A stretch of 63,295 bases of DNA, filler included, from Stramenopiles sp. TOSAG23-3 (taxonomy: Eukaryota): the NCBI GenBank assembly GCA_900128585.1. It is 9 parts of 9 records of this genome, joined end to end, with 100 filler letters (N's around TTAATTAATTAA, not from the genome) between each part and the next. Parts side by side here need not be neighbours in the genome. Positions count along the whole stretch, not along the records: positions 1 to 6,952 come from LT643223.1; positions 7,053 to 14,003 come from LT643224.1; 7 more parts are not named here. The stretch is one strand, 5' to 3'. Made by a program: the position numbers and the translations under genes. Positions 1 through 10,295 of this stretch are shown piece by piece. Under the pieces are notes generated by a model. The model was not told the origin of the DNA, searched no databases, and saw only the letters and a program-made list of their open reading frames with translations. Each line of letters opens with the position of its first letter. Within the stretch, counting starts at the first letter, position 1.

Positions 1-2
1 CG

Positions 3-523
3 ATGGGTTATTCTGGCTCGGCTTTTAGGCGTCGCCCTTCAGTACTACTACGGATGCACTGGAATGCTCGCAGGGCCCAAGTAAACAGGACCCATAGAAG
101 CGGAACCCAAGGAAACAGGGCCCAAGAATACAGTCCCGTTGTCGTTGAAACGCCGAGCTCGTCGCAATCGCAGCCGGCAATTAGCACAGCACACACCAGG
201 AACGCTGCATCCGTGACTGAAGAATCCAAGACAGAGCAACCGCGGCAAGTACACGCTTGCGTATACTGTGGAAAATCATATATCCAGGTAAAGCGCGTGC
301 GCATCCTACCCGCGCGCATTCCGTTTTGTGGACATTTTGTTCCATGCACACGAGTCTAACGCGGCAAACGCAGCTGTGCAATCTAAGATTGCATATCTAA
401 ACACATTGCAAATACATTGGTAAAAGACCATTCCAATGCCACGTTTGCGGTTGGTCCTATTCACAACTATCATATCTCAAGCGACACATTTCGGAGCACC
501 ACGTGTCGGATGCACCAGCGTGA
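3..523 (+). CDS. C2H2 zinc-finger protein, 5' partial, spliced join(<3..287,374..523), in-frame TAA at 398-400
   Basis: HACVYCGKSYIQ, then intron 288-373 (GTAAAG donor, CTAAC branch, GCAG acceptor), then LCNLRLHI*THCKYIGKRPFQCHVCGWSYSQLSYLKRHISEHH. This gives two C2H2 fingers with a TGEKP-like linker. Confidence 0.75.
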
Positions 524-879
524 CCTACAGCACTTTTTCTCCCGCCGACATAATCACACGCACAAGTATTGGTGCTACGCGGCATGGAGACCTAAACTCG
601 TCGTTTATTCAACGGATTGACGGCAGTTCACAAGGACAATTTTGAGTTGTTTAGCATTAGCACAGCAAGTTGACGGGAAAAAACACCTCCTAGAATTGTA
701 AGAATTGTAAGTGTACAGGCTCAAGTGTTTTTGCACTGGCAAGAGACACTAGGAATTTGAATGCGACAGAACGAAGACACATGTTTAGACATCTGCAATT
801 AGATTTCCGTTTTCATTTCGTTACGTGCAACTTCTGCTGTTGCATGCGAAAACAGGATCTGATATTGGTGTGCATAAAA

Positions 880-1620
880 CTAAGGACGCTTACCCACGCA
901 GAAGTGCTTGAGCCTATGCAGCATGTGGTCGTCAAAGTTGACAATCTCTTTGAGGTCCCTTTCGAATGCACGCAAGGATCGACCTTTTGCAAGGCGGAGC
1001 TGGTTGGTCTCGTCCCGAGCAGATCTGTGGAATCGAATGTGTACGGCTTCGTTGGTGAGGTACTCTGATATTGTACCCGTCCCGTCACCATAATTGGCCC
1101 ATCGAGCTGCGTCCTTGCTCTCATCGCCAAGGATTGTGGCGTCGGCACCGGCCTCAACAAGTACACGAACAATGAACATCTTGTTATTGAAAGCGGCAAA
1201 CATAAGCGGGGTGTTCTTCGACTTGTTGGCAATATTTACATCAGCCTTGCTTCTGATGAACAGCTCCACGATGTCCGTCTTGCCAAAGGCAGACGCCATG
1301 TGCAGCGAAGTATTCCCAGTGTCGTCCTGCCAATTGATTGGTGCCCTCCCGCGGATAAGTCTCTTGACTTTTGCTGTGTCTCCATTACGAGTGGCAACAA
1401 TGACTTTCTGGAGGATTGATGCAAAGTGCGGCAAAACGTTCTATCAGCAAAGGTAAATAAAGTCGTGTCGTGCCATGCCTCTCACCCTTCCCAAACGGTG
1501 GATCTCCTTTTCTGAAAAGCGCTGCACACAATGCTCAAGTGTCGAGGTTGTCAAGTCGCTCTTTCCATCGCTTTGTTCATGAAGAGGACTGTCACATTGA
1601 CGAGAAGGCTGCAAGCTCAT
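880..1620 (-). CDS. Ankyrin-repeat protein with uncharacterised C-terminal module; join(1486..1620,880..1407)
   Basis: ANK motifs GNTSLHMASAFGKTDIVELFI and KNTPLMFAAFNNKMFIVRVLVEAGAD. A phase-0 intron at 1408-1485 (GTGAGA...CTCCAG) joins EIHRLGR to KVIVATRNGD. Alternative start at 1635. Possible further donor (G/GTAAGC) near 893. Confidence 0.85.
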
Positions 1621-1721
1621 GGCTCCCTGCAGCATACTTCATAACAGCTCGCAAAGCCGAATATTTAAATAAAAGATCGGGCAAACACGGCGCTTTGGGA
1701 GCGCAGTTGGCCAGAAAAGGC

Positions 1722-2828
1722 ATGTCGCAAGGGGATGCTATGGCCACTAGGCAGCTTAAGCTAGAGCTAAAGGGGCACAGCAACTGGATCTACTCGGTCT
1801 CGTTTTCCCCAAACGGCCAGCACGTGGCAAGCGGGAGCTGGGATAGGACGGTTCGGATCTGGGATGCAGCCACGGGGCAGTTCAAGCAAGAGCTCAAGGG
1901 TCACACGCGTGAAGTCACATCAGTCGTGTTTTCTCCCAATGGCACGCACGTGATGAGCGGAAGCTGGGACAGGACGGTTCGAATCTGGAATACAGCCACG
2001 GGTCAGGTCCAGCGAGAGCTCAAAGGACATCTTGGAGGTATCTGCTCAGTCACGTTTTCCCCAGACGGCCAGAGCGTGGCAAGCGGGGGCGTGGAAAGGA
2101 CGGTCCGGATCTGGGACGCAGCCACGGGGCAGCTCCAGCGAGAGCTCAAAAGGTCTGGCAGAGCTGTCTACTCGGTCGCATACAGCCCGGACGGCACGCG
2201 CATGGTTATTGGATACGACGATAAGAGGGTGCAGATCTGGGATGTAGCCACTGGACAGCTCCAGCAACAACTCAAGGGACACCGCGGAAGTGTCCTCTCG
2301 GTCGCATTTTCCCCCGACGGCGCGCGCGTGGCAAGCGGAAGCGCCGATTACACGATCCGGATCTGGGATGCAGCCGCTGGACAACTTCAGCGAGAGCTCA
2401 AGGGGCATTCTAAGTGTGTCAATTCGGTCGCGTTTTCTCCGAACGGTCAGCGCGTGGCGAGTGGGAGCGACGACAGGTCTGTCCGGATATGGGACGCAGC
2501 CACGGGAAAGCTCCAACGAGAGCTCAAGGGGCACCAACAAAAGGTAACCTCGGTTGTGTTTAGCCCAGGTGGAACGCGCGTGGCGAGTGGGAGCTATGAT
2601 AACACGGTCCGGATATGGGATGCACATAGTCGATTCCATTCCACTACTCGCAATGAAAGTGGTCAATTGCACAAGCTTCAGGGCCGCGCTACGCGTGCTT
2701 TCACTCGCGATCTCATACAAATTACTGGTTTTGACGACCACATGATGCATCGGTTCATGAGCCTATGCGTCGGGACAAACTACGCGAGCGCAAGCCAATT
2801 GTATCTAGCGACGCTTGCCTATGCGTAA
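1722..2828 (+). CDS. Seven-bladed WD40-repeat protein with uncharacterised C-terminal module
   Basis: Seven 42-aa repeats LKGH..V.SV.FSP.G..VASGS.D.TVRIWDAATG. First plausible ATG at 1722 (or 1740). Confidence 0.9.
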   Translation: MSQGDAMATRQLKLELKGHSNWIYSVSFSPNGQHVASGSWDRTVRIWDAATGQFKQELKGHTREVTSVVFSPNGTHVMSGSWDRTVRIWNTATGQVQRELKGHLGGICSVTFSPDGQSVASGGVERTVRIWDAATGQLQRELKRSGRAVYSVAYSPDGTRMVIGYDDKRVQIWDVATGQLQQQLKGHRGSVLSVAFSPDGARVASGSADYTIRIWDAAAGQLQRELKGHSKCVNSVAFSPNGQRVASGSDDRSVRIWDAATGKLQRELKGHQQKVTSVVFSPGGTRVASGSYDNTVRIWDAHSRFHSTTRNESGQLHKLQGRATRAFTRDLIQITGFDDHMMHRFMSLCVGTNYASASQLYLATLAYA

Positions 2829-3005
2829 ATGCTCGAGCCGATGTAGCATATGATTGATGAAAACGCCATTTTGCTTGAGATCACGCTCAATTGCGGGCAG
2901 AGACCACACTTTGACGCGGTGCAGCTGGCTGCTTACATTTTGATCAAATAGTGTGGTTCAGATACTCTGTGACGTCGTGGTATCACCATCACCAATTGCC
3001 ACACA

Positions 3006-4617
3006 CTACGCATCGCGCAGAGCGGCCCCGCGTGTCTCTATCGGTAGTTTCAATGCCGAGAGCGCAGCAGCGCAGCACATAACTCCCATAATCAACTGCG
3101 CAGCCCATGGGTACCCATCCGTGACGAGATTGTGAGCGACAAAGGGGCAGAGCATGCCGCCAACGCGCGCCCACCCATTCGAGTATCCAAATGCAGTGGT
3201 CCGAAAAGTGGTCGGGTAGACCTCAGGTGTGTAGACGTATGTCACAGCAAACGACCCCGTGACCGCAACACGCGCGAGAAAGAGAAACGCAAGCACTGCC
3301 CCTGCTGTGGTGCCGACCGGAATGAGAATGAGCAGGAAGATCGCTCCCGCTGCGAAGAGTGTGGATTGGAGAGGGCGCCTGCCGATGCGATGGATGACAA
3401 ACATCGGAATGAGAATCCCCGGGATTTCGCCCAAAGTCGACACAAAAATGTCGATAAAGTCCTGGTCCGTCCAAATGCTATCCTTGGTGCACGGATCTGT
3501 GTCCTTGTACATGATTGTCGTCGTCATCACGACAACGCCGTAGTAGCAGAACGCGTTTGCGAACCACAGAACCCAGAGCCATCCGGTCAGCTCGCGCCAT
3601 TCGCGACTGAAAATACGACCCAAAACCTCAAGCGCTCCAACATCAGCGGCGGGTTCTTCCTTGAGCACGAGCCGGCCCGCGGGCAAACGCCTGCCGTTTC
3701 CCTCTGCAATACCTTTCAACACACGCTGCGCGCCGTCCAAGTCGCCTCCTATTGCCGACCACCGGGGGCTTTCGGGTAGCACCCACAGGCCTAACAGCAC
3801 ACCAACGAGGGGAATCATTGAGAGGCCAACCAGCCAGCGCCACCCGAGTCTCGGGAGCACAGCCCATGCCAGTCCCGCCAGCAAGATTGCACCCGCGCCC
3901 CAGCAGAGCTGCAGTCCAATCCCCCAGAAGCCGCGGGACCGCTTGGGAATGAACTCCATGAAAAACGAAAAAGCGACGCTGAACCCGCCCAAGCCGAAAC
4001 CCACCATGCACCTGCAGAAGCACAGCATCCCATAGTTGACGCTGAACGTCGTGATGAGAGAGAATGATATCGTGAATAGCGTGTCGTAGAGCAGGGTGTA
4101 CCAACGGCCCTGGACGTCGGCGAGGAAGCCCCAAAACCAGTTGCCTATCATCATGCCTAGAAACACCACTGTGGTTAGGAAAGCGACTTCTGTATTGCTT
4201 AGATTCCACCCGCATTTGACCGAAGGGCCCAGAAATGATAACAAAAGCATCTCCATCGAGTCAGCCATGAGAAAGAACCCGAGCACTGCCACGTACTTGA
4301 ACTGTGACGGACCCATGCCAGCAGCCGTAATGGCTTGGTCCATGGTGAAAGTCTTACCGACGCTGTGTGTATGCGTGCAGGGGGGGGCGACGGTGCATGA
4401 GTATGGGCGCGGAGCTGCCCTGCGAGCGCGCGCAACCCCAGTACGATCTATGAAAAGCCAAATCGCGACCCGAAAAGAGGCACACAGCGGGTGCACGCGC
4501 ACCCAAAGAACCACAGGGCCAATTTTGAAATCAGGATCCATGGGCGCCGTAGCAAGCGCGCATCACTGACAGTCCCTCCTTTTCATCCTCATTCCCGCCC
4601 AGTTCGAGCCCGCTCAT
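3006..4617 (-). CDS. MFS transporter, SVOP/organic cation type; probable join(4571..4617,3006..4362)
   Basis: About 12 TM helices; motifs WGFLADVQGR, LPESPRW, YTPEVYPTTFR. Predicted phase-2 intron 4363-4570 (GTCAGT...ACAG) gives the N-terminus MSGLELGGNEDEKEGLVGKTFTMDQ. Confidence 0.85.
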
Positions 4618-4853
4618 GGCGCGCTCCCTGAGATGGCGACGCGATGCGACCCCTGGGACCACTCCGAAAATCAAAATCACGAACCCGGGGATTCCCGGGG
4701 ATTCCTTTATTGGAGCAAATTAAACCACAGTACTTTACTAACAACTCCCACATCTCAAACCCTAGCCCCGCACGTTAGCACGCTCCGTGGGCCACACGCA
4801 CTACGTGTCAGAAGCCAAACATAAGATATAGGCACACCACGTATCCATAGAAC

Positions 4854-5969
4854 ATGCTTGGGCAGTGGTCAAACCTTTCCGAGCCTGTCGAGAAAATGCT
4901 TCCTGCGGTTCGACACACCATGGCCTCTCTACGGCCACCACCTCGACCTAAACGAGCAAGAACAGTCGGCGCAGAGTCGTCTGTGCCGCGGCAGCGCTCG
5001 GGAAAGGACATGACCAAGGGCCCCAAACCCAAGCGAAAACCCAAACAAACGCATCGGCCAAAATCAAAGTCAGGCTCGAAATTGACACCGAAACCCAACT
5101 CCTCCGACGACCCCCTAAGCCGCCTCGCCCGAACGCTCAACGGGCGAAAGAACTCCCTCGGAATAACCCTACGCGATGTGCTGTCCCCATCAGCGCTTGG
5201 CGCAGTTCTGACGGAGCAAGACCTGCAACGTGTGATAGTGGGCGGCAACGACCCTATTGGTGCGTATCTTCCCGAGGGTCAGCGGTCTGTTTCCGCGTTT
5301 CACACCATCCTGAGGTCCGTGCCATTTCTAGAATGTTTAGACGTGTTTCAAGGGCATATTCTAAACGCAGCGCTGGATGGCAACGAGGTGCTTGAGGCCC
5401 AGGTTCGGACATATGGCGCTGTGTCTACACCGATACACGCCACGCCCGGTGCCGGGGCCACCTCGACCTATCTCACAACCCATGGCCTGGCGACGCTTAC
5501 AGTCCCTAAGCTTCGCCGTCTCGCTTCGAGGCTTAAGCTCAAGTATAGAACGTGCAACAAGAAAGAAATCATCGAACTGATTACTGCGCGCGTTGAGCAA
5601 GAGTTCGGAAGTGTCGACGCTGGTACTGCTGCGCATCCAGCGACTAGCAGCAACACGCCGGCGCGCACACAGAAACCAAAAAGGCGAAAGCGCAAGAAAC
5701 GGTCATTGCGAGGCAATCGTACTGCCTTTAATTACTTTCAAACCGAAGAACGCGCCCGCATTTTGACTACGTTGGGCCCTGCAGCTACAGATGGCATCCG
5801 ATCGGAAATCAACGACCAGATACAGCGTATGATTGGCATGCGGTGGCGGACCCTCGGGCCCGATAAACGGAGCCGTTACGTTAATATGGCCGCAGAATAC
5901 AATGCTGCGAAGGCTGATGCCGCGGGCGGTAAAGAGGCGACAAAGAAAATAAAAAGTGCTGCATGTTGA
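4854..5969 (+). CDS. HMG-box protein with Rpn13-C/DEUBAD-like and SAP/Rho-N-like segments
   Basis: HMG box RTAFNYFQTEER...IGMRWRTLGPDKRSRYVNMA; helix-extension-helix LATLTVPKLRRLASRLKL...KKEIIELI; basic NLS-like runs. Start codon uncertain. Confidence 0.7.
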   Translation: MLGQWSNLSEPVEKMLPAVRHTMASLRPPPRPKRARTVGAESSVPRQRSGKDMTKGPKPKRKPKQTHRPKSKSGSKLTPKPNSSDDPLSRLARTLNGRKNSLGITLRDVLSPSALGAVLTEQDLQRVIVGGNDPIGAYLPEGQRSVSAFHTILRSVPFLECLDVFQGHILNAALDGNEVLEAQVRTYGAVSTPIHATPGAGATSTYLTTHGLATLTVPKLRRLASRLKLKYRTCNKKEIIELITARVEQEFGSVDAGTAAHPATSSNTPARTQKPKRRKRKKRSLRGNRTAFNYFQTEERARILTTLGPAATDGIRSEINDQIQRMIGMRWRTLGPDKRSRYVNMAAEYNAAKADAAGGKEATKKIKSAAC

Positions 5970-6181
5970 CCGACTGACCGACTGAGCCTTCCACGCATGC
6001 TGTGAAATACACGTGGTTTGTGTCTGTGCAGCAGCGTCAAAGCGTGCAAATATCTGCACATATTTGATTGATATATTTATCCTCTTATTTGGTTGCATGC
6101 ATCTAAACTGTTGCAGTTTCGCGTGTTTGGCAAGTATGGCATTTAATTAGACCTAGAATTCTGTATTCCTGATCGTACGAC

Positions 6182-6952
6182 TTATTGCGCAGCGCTGCAC
6201 TCTCCAAAACCATGTCGTTCAAAGCAAACAAAGCAGCGTGGGTTTCTGGTTGCGGCCGAACCAGTCGAGGTCGCACCCCTCGCCTCCACCGCAGGACTCC
6301 GCCGCGAAGTCCTGCCCTTCTTTTGCCCCCCTATCGACACCTGAGCCAATAGCTGCTGTATTTTCTCAGCCGATGTCGTAGTGACCGCAGCGACCCCTTG
6401 CTGCTTCTGTTTCGCCTTTTTCTTTCGATTTCGGCGTCGCTTGCTCTTTGACAGGGCTGCTGCTCCCCCCCCACCAGATGGTCTTTGCTGGCGCGAAGAG
6501 CCCAGCACCTGCGCGCTTCTTCCAGGTTTCTTTGTCGGTTCCGGCTTACATTTAGCCTCCTCTCGCGCGCTCAGGGCATCCGCCATTTCAATCTCCTCCA
6601 TCGCTTCTTTCGACGCCTCTGCCACGCGCAGCGCCGGCGCGGTGTTCCATTTCCCATCGTCGCCCAACATCATCCACGTTCCCGGCTTTACCATGCCTGG
6701 ATCTACGACAGACCCACCCGCTGCGAAGCGCGGGCCAGCCTTGAGTAAAAGCACCCAGGCGCACTTGGGTGGGAACCATCGAATATGCGCGTCGGCATTC
6801 TCTGTGTGGAAGTAACCAGGACGGCCCTGCCAAAAACAACGTGCAGCGTACACCCCATTTGCGCCCGCCCCCTCTCCTTCCGCACCAGAGACCTCCACGC
6901 CAGCGGCTGGGGGCAGCTCCGGCTCGTTGTCGGCCGCTGCTCCCGGCACCGC
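6182..6952 (-). CDS. Hypothetical protein, 5' truncated, C-terminal CxxC-x3-H-x4-C zinc-knuckle-like motif
   Basis: GC-rich 255-aa ORF running off the contig end; ends in RCFVCFERHGFGEC. Confidence 0.55.
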   Translation of the reverse strand, partial: AVPGAAADNEPELPPAAGVEVSGAEGEGAGANGVYAARCFWQGRPGYFHTENADAHIRWFPPKCAWVLLLKAGPRFAAGGSVVDPGMVKPGTWMMLGDDGKWNTAPALRVAEASKEAMEEIEMADALSAREEAKCKPEPTKKPGRSAQVLGSSRQQRPSGGGGAAALSKSKRRRNRKKKAKQKQQGVAAVTTTSAEKIQQLLAQVSIGGQKKGRTSRRSPAVEARGATSTGSAATRNPRCFVCFERHGFGECSAAQ

Positions 6953-7052
6953 NNNNNNNNNNNNNNNNNNNNNNNNNNNNNNNNNNNNNNNNNNNNTTAA
7001 TTAATTAANNNNNNNNNNNNNNNNNNNNNNNNNNNNNNNNNNNNNNNNNNNN
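6953..7052. other. Artificial contig linker (also 14004-14103, 21054-21153, 28104-28203, 35149-35248, 42188-42287, 49227-49326, 56262-56361)
   Basis: N44-TTAATTAATTAA-N44 with stops in all six frames; contig lengths fall from 6952 to 6934. Confidence 0.99.
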
Positions 7053-8140
7053 AATCGCTGTCTTTTGCCACGGCTGCTGGAACGTTTGCGTCTGCGCCAA
7101 TCATATTGGTTGCTGCCATATTCATTTACATCATCAGGGACACGGCAACGGGCGATGCCCCGTGGGATTGGATGCAACTGCAGGTCAAGCTATACGTGGG
7201 GATTGCTTCCATTTGTGCGGTCATATTGTTGGTCGCCCCCCTCATGTTCTCGTTTGCAGTGCAGCCAATCCGCAAGCGCTGGAAACTGATGGGGACGTAC
7301 GACATGACAAATATGCAGCTTGTACTGTTGGCGTGTGTGGGGCAGATCGCTGCACCGTCCGCCCTGCTTACGTGCTCTCAACATTCCAAAGACGACAATG
7401 TCTCTCAGTGGATCTTTGTATTTGGAGGCACGATCCTGTACCGTCTGAGCACCATGGGACTGGCATTGGGAATGCTGGCGTGCGCGGTTGGGGACATTGG
7501 CAGAAAGGAATACCGTTACAAGTGGATTCCTGTAGCTGTGGTGGGATTGGCTGCGTTGTGTTGTGTAATATTGCCCTTGTTATCCGACGGGGAAGGAGGA
7601 GACTCCCCAGCGGACATTTGTGAGCGCCCTTACCAAGCCGCACAGTTGTGGGTGGCCAGCATTGTCAACGCCTTGGGTGTTATTGTCTTTTCTCTTGCGG
7701 TCGTTGTAGGGGTAAAGGGGAACAAAAGCACAACCCAAGCGCACACAAACAAAGGGGCTTCGCAAGGAACACTTCTTCTCCGGTCGTCCCAAACACGCTT
7801 GGCTGCATCAAGTTTTCATTTTCACGAGACAGCAGATTACAACGCATTTTTGAGTGTGCAAGCTCCTTTCTTCTTTTACCAAGCTGTATCGTCTGCCATT
7901 TGCTGTGGGCTCAGCTTCATATCAATGTATGCTTTGGATGACCAATCTGGGCTGGTTCGTCTGATTGTGATTATTGAGGGGATTTTAACCTATGGTAGTG
8001 GAATTGTTGTTGCATGGTGTTGGAACATTTTGGGTGCAGGAAAGTTATGGGCCATGTTTGGCAATTTGCTCCGCCAGAAAAGCAGAAGTTCAAGCCGTTA
8101 TGATTCTTTTTCGTTGAGTGGTAGTGCATGCAGTGACTAA
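7053..8140 (+). CDS. Multi-pass membrane protein, GPR155/LYCHOS-like C-terminal half (5' partial)
   Basis: Frame is open from the contig start. FATAAGTFASAPIILVAAIF resembles the last helix of the PIN-like domain of GPR155 and is followed by about 7 TM helices ending IEGILTYGSGIV. Confidence 0.5.
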
Positions 8141-9247
8141 GAATATTAAGACTTGTTAGGGTTAGGCCGTTTTTATTCGGCAAATAGAGAGACGCACCGG
8201 CCTCTATTAGTATATTTGCCGTTTTAGCATAATATAAATACAAAGGCTTTTCATCACTTATCTTCACCCAGTTGTTTTTTTTCCAGAGGGCTAGTGTTTG
8301 AATTACTGTTTTTGATTGAAATGTTGGTTAATGTATTATCAGACCTAAAAAATAGGAATTTTCAGTACAGGAACACACCATTAGGGTGATTTTTAACTAA
8401 TACATAGAATTAGCATAGAAGTGTTTTTTTATTTTACAAAAATGGTTGTTTAGTTTATTTTCACTATCAATTAATATAGGTAAATGTACATTACAAGTAC
8501 GGTATTTAAAGTTTTTGCGGGAAGTAATAAAATTCAATGTTTTTTATCATTGGAATGGGATAGACTCAATATTTGACGTCTAGTAATAAGTGTATACGAA
8601 CAAAGAAGACAACAAAGAAAGAATTGAACAAAAAAAAAATTGTTTTTTATTTTTTATTATTAATTAATTAAAATATCTTCAGAGCTTCAGCAGAGCTTTC
8701 TATTATACTAAAATAATAAAAACTGGTATTTCCCCATTATTCTAATATTAAAATCAGGCGGTCTGGTCTTCCTTCGGTACGTAATATTATATTATATTAA
8801 TACCTGTACGTAATAAAGCATTCCAATTACTGTATTTTAAATACCTGGTGGTGGTGTTGCAGCAGTCATAATATCCTCGTAATTAATGTGAACTGTTAAA
8901 CTATACGACTATATATTATAACGTATTATATATAATAATAACAAGGAGATTGAATGACTAAATCCACTAAATACTACCAACCTATATAATAATAAACAAA
9001 AAAAAGACAACCGACCTGTTTGTTTATTTATTATTATTATTACAACAGTAGTATTATATTTTTATTTCAGTTTTTAGTTAGTTCAAAAGCAACCAGTATA
9101 GTTTTATTCAAATTGCGAAACTACTGTTCTTTTGCCCTGATGTAACGGATGGTATCGTCTCTAATGCAGTGGTTTTGAAAACAGTCTCGGGGAGAAATAC
9201 CTGTTGTTGGAGAAATTCGAGACCCTTTTGATTGCGTTTTCCTTCAG

Positions 9248-9931
9248 ATGAGTCGCCCATTCGGTTCGAGCCCGTCCCGTAATAAAAAGGTTACGGTTGA
9301 CAAGTTCAGGATAAGTCGGCAGGTTGAAATAGAGTGGAAGAAAGACTTTGATGAGAGAAGGAAAGTGCAGGCAGTGTTAGAGAGACCGTTAGACCCCAAA
9401 GAAATATTCGACAAGTATGATTTGGATGGCCAAGGGCGGTTAGAAATCGATGAATTCAAACCTTTCCTTTTGGACCTGGGCCTGACTAGGCGGAACGGCG
9501 AAACCGAGGAAATGCACGACTTGTGGGTCAACAGAGAGTTTAAAAAAGCTGATACGGGCGATCGCGGCTTTTTGGTTTTCAAACAATTCTTGGCGTATTA
9601 CGAGTCCTTGAAGAAGAAGGCGTATTGCAAGACTTTGACAACAAGGGAGCCAAAGCCGAAAATAAAGCGAATCGTGTACGCGAATGGAAAAATTGAATTT
9701 GTAAATAAACTAACGGGAAAAATTTCTCACACTGCGAAAGGGGAGGAATTGACACAGTTGGAATTTATCAACTACGAACAAGGCAGAGATTGGCATGTCG
9801 AGTACGATCCGGACCAAGGAAATGTCCCAGTATATATATGTAACAAGACCAAAGAACATTCACTAAGCCACCCAATGTCTTTCGCCGAAATTCGAAAACT
9901 GGAAAATGCACAAGCTGCCGCAAGACAGTAA
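9248..9931 (+). CDS. EF-hand protein with degenerate WW-like repeats
   Basis: EF loops DLDGQGRLEIDE and DTGDRGFLVFKQ; WW-like DWHVEYDPDQGNVPVYICNKTKEHSLSHP. Confidence 0.7.
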   Translation: MSRPFGSSPSRNKKVTVDKFRISRQVEIEWKKDFDERRKVQAVLERPLDPKEIFDKYDLDGQGRLEIDEFKPFLLDLGLTRRNGETEEMHDLWVNREFKKADTGDRGFLVFKQFLAYYESLKKKAYCKTLTTREPKPKIKRIVYANGKIEFVNKLTGKISHTAKGEELTQLEFINYEQGRDWHVEYDPDQGNVPVYICNKTKEHSLSHPMSFAEIRKLENAQAAARQ

Positions 9932-10295
9932 TAAAATGACGCGGCTTCATCTCGACAAAGATTCTGGTCTGAACATTTTTTCAGAAAATCTTCGAGCGGG
10001 AAAAAAGGTTCTGGTTCTATGTACCTGCTTCTTGACAAATTGAGTCATGGGAAGTGCACCATTAGATTATTTTAAATCTTTTAAAATACACTTCGTACTT
10101 CGTAAATATTTCTTTAAAAAAAAAAAACACTTATCTTAAAACAAAACACTTGTAGGTATAGAACTGTTTAACTTTTTTCGCGTAAAAACCTTTGCACAGT
10201 GAGAAAATATCGAGCCTCCCCTTTTCCAAAAACACACTCAGTTGGTAAAACTCAAGTGAACAGACGCACGGAACGGCGGGGCCCGGTTCCTCGAC

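Noticed and set aside
398-400. Genome-wide stop-codon reassignment
   Set aside because: Single instance. Other genes end at TAA, TAG and TGA and lack internal stops.
1470-1721. N-terminal extension of the WD40 ORF from a GTG start
   Set aside because: Overlaps exon 1 of the divergent ANK gene; ATG 1722 is more plausible.
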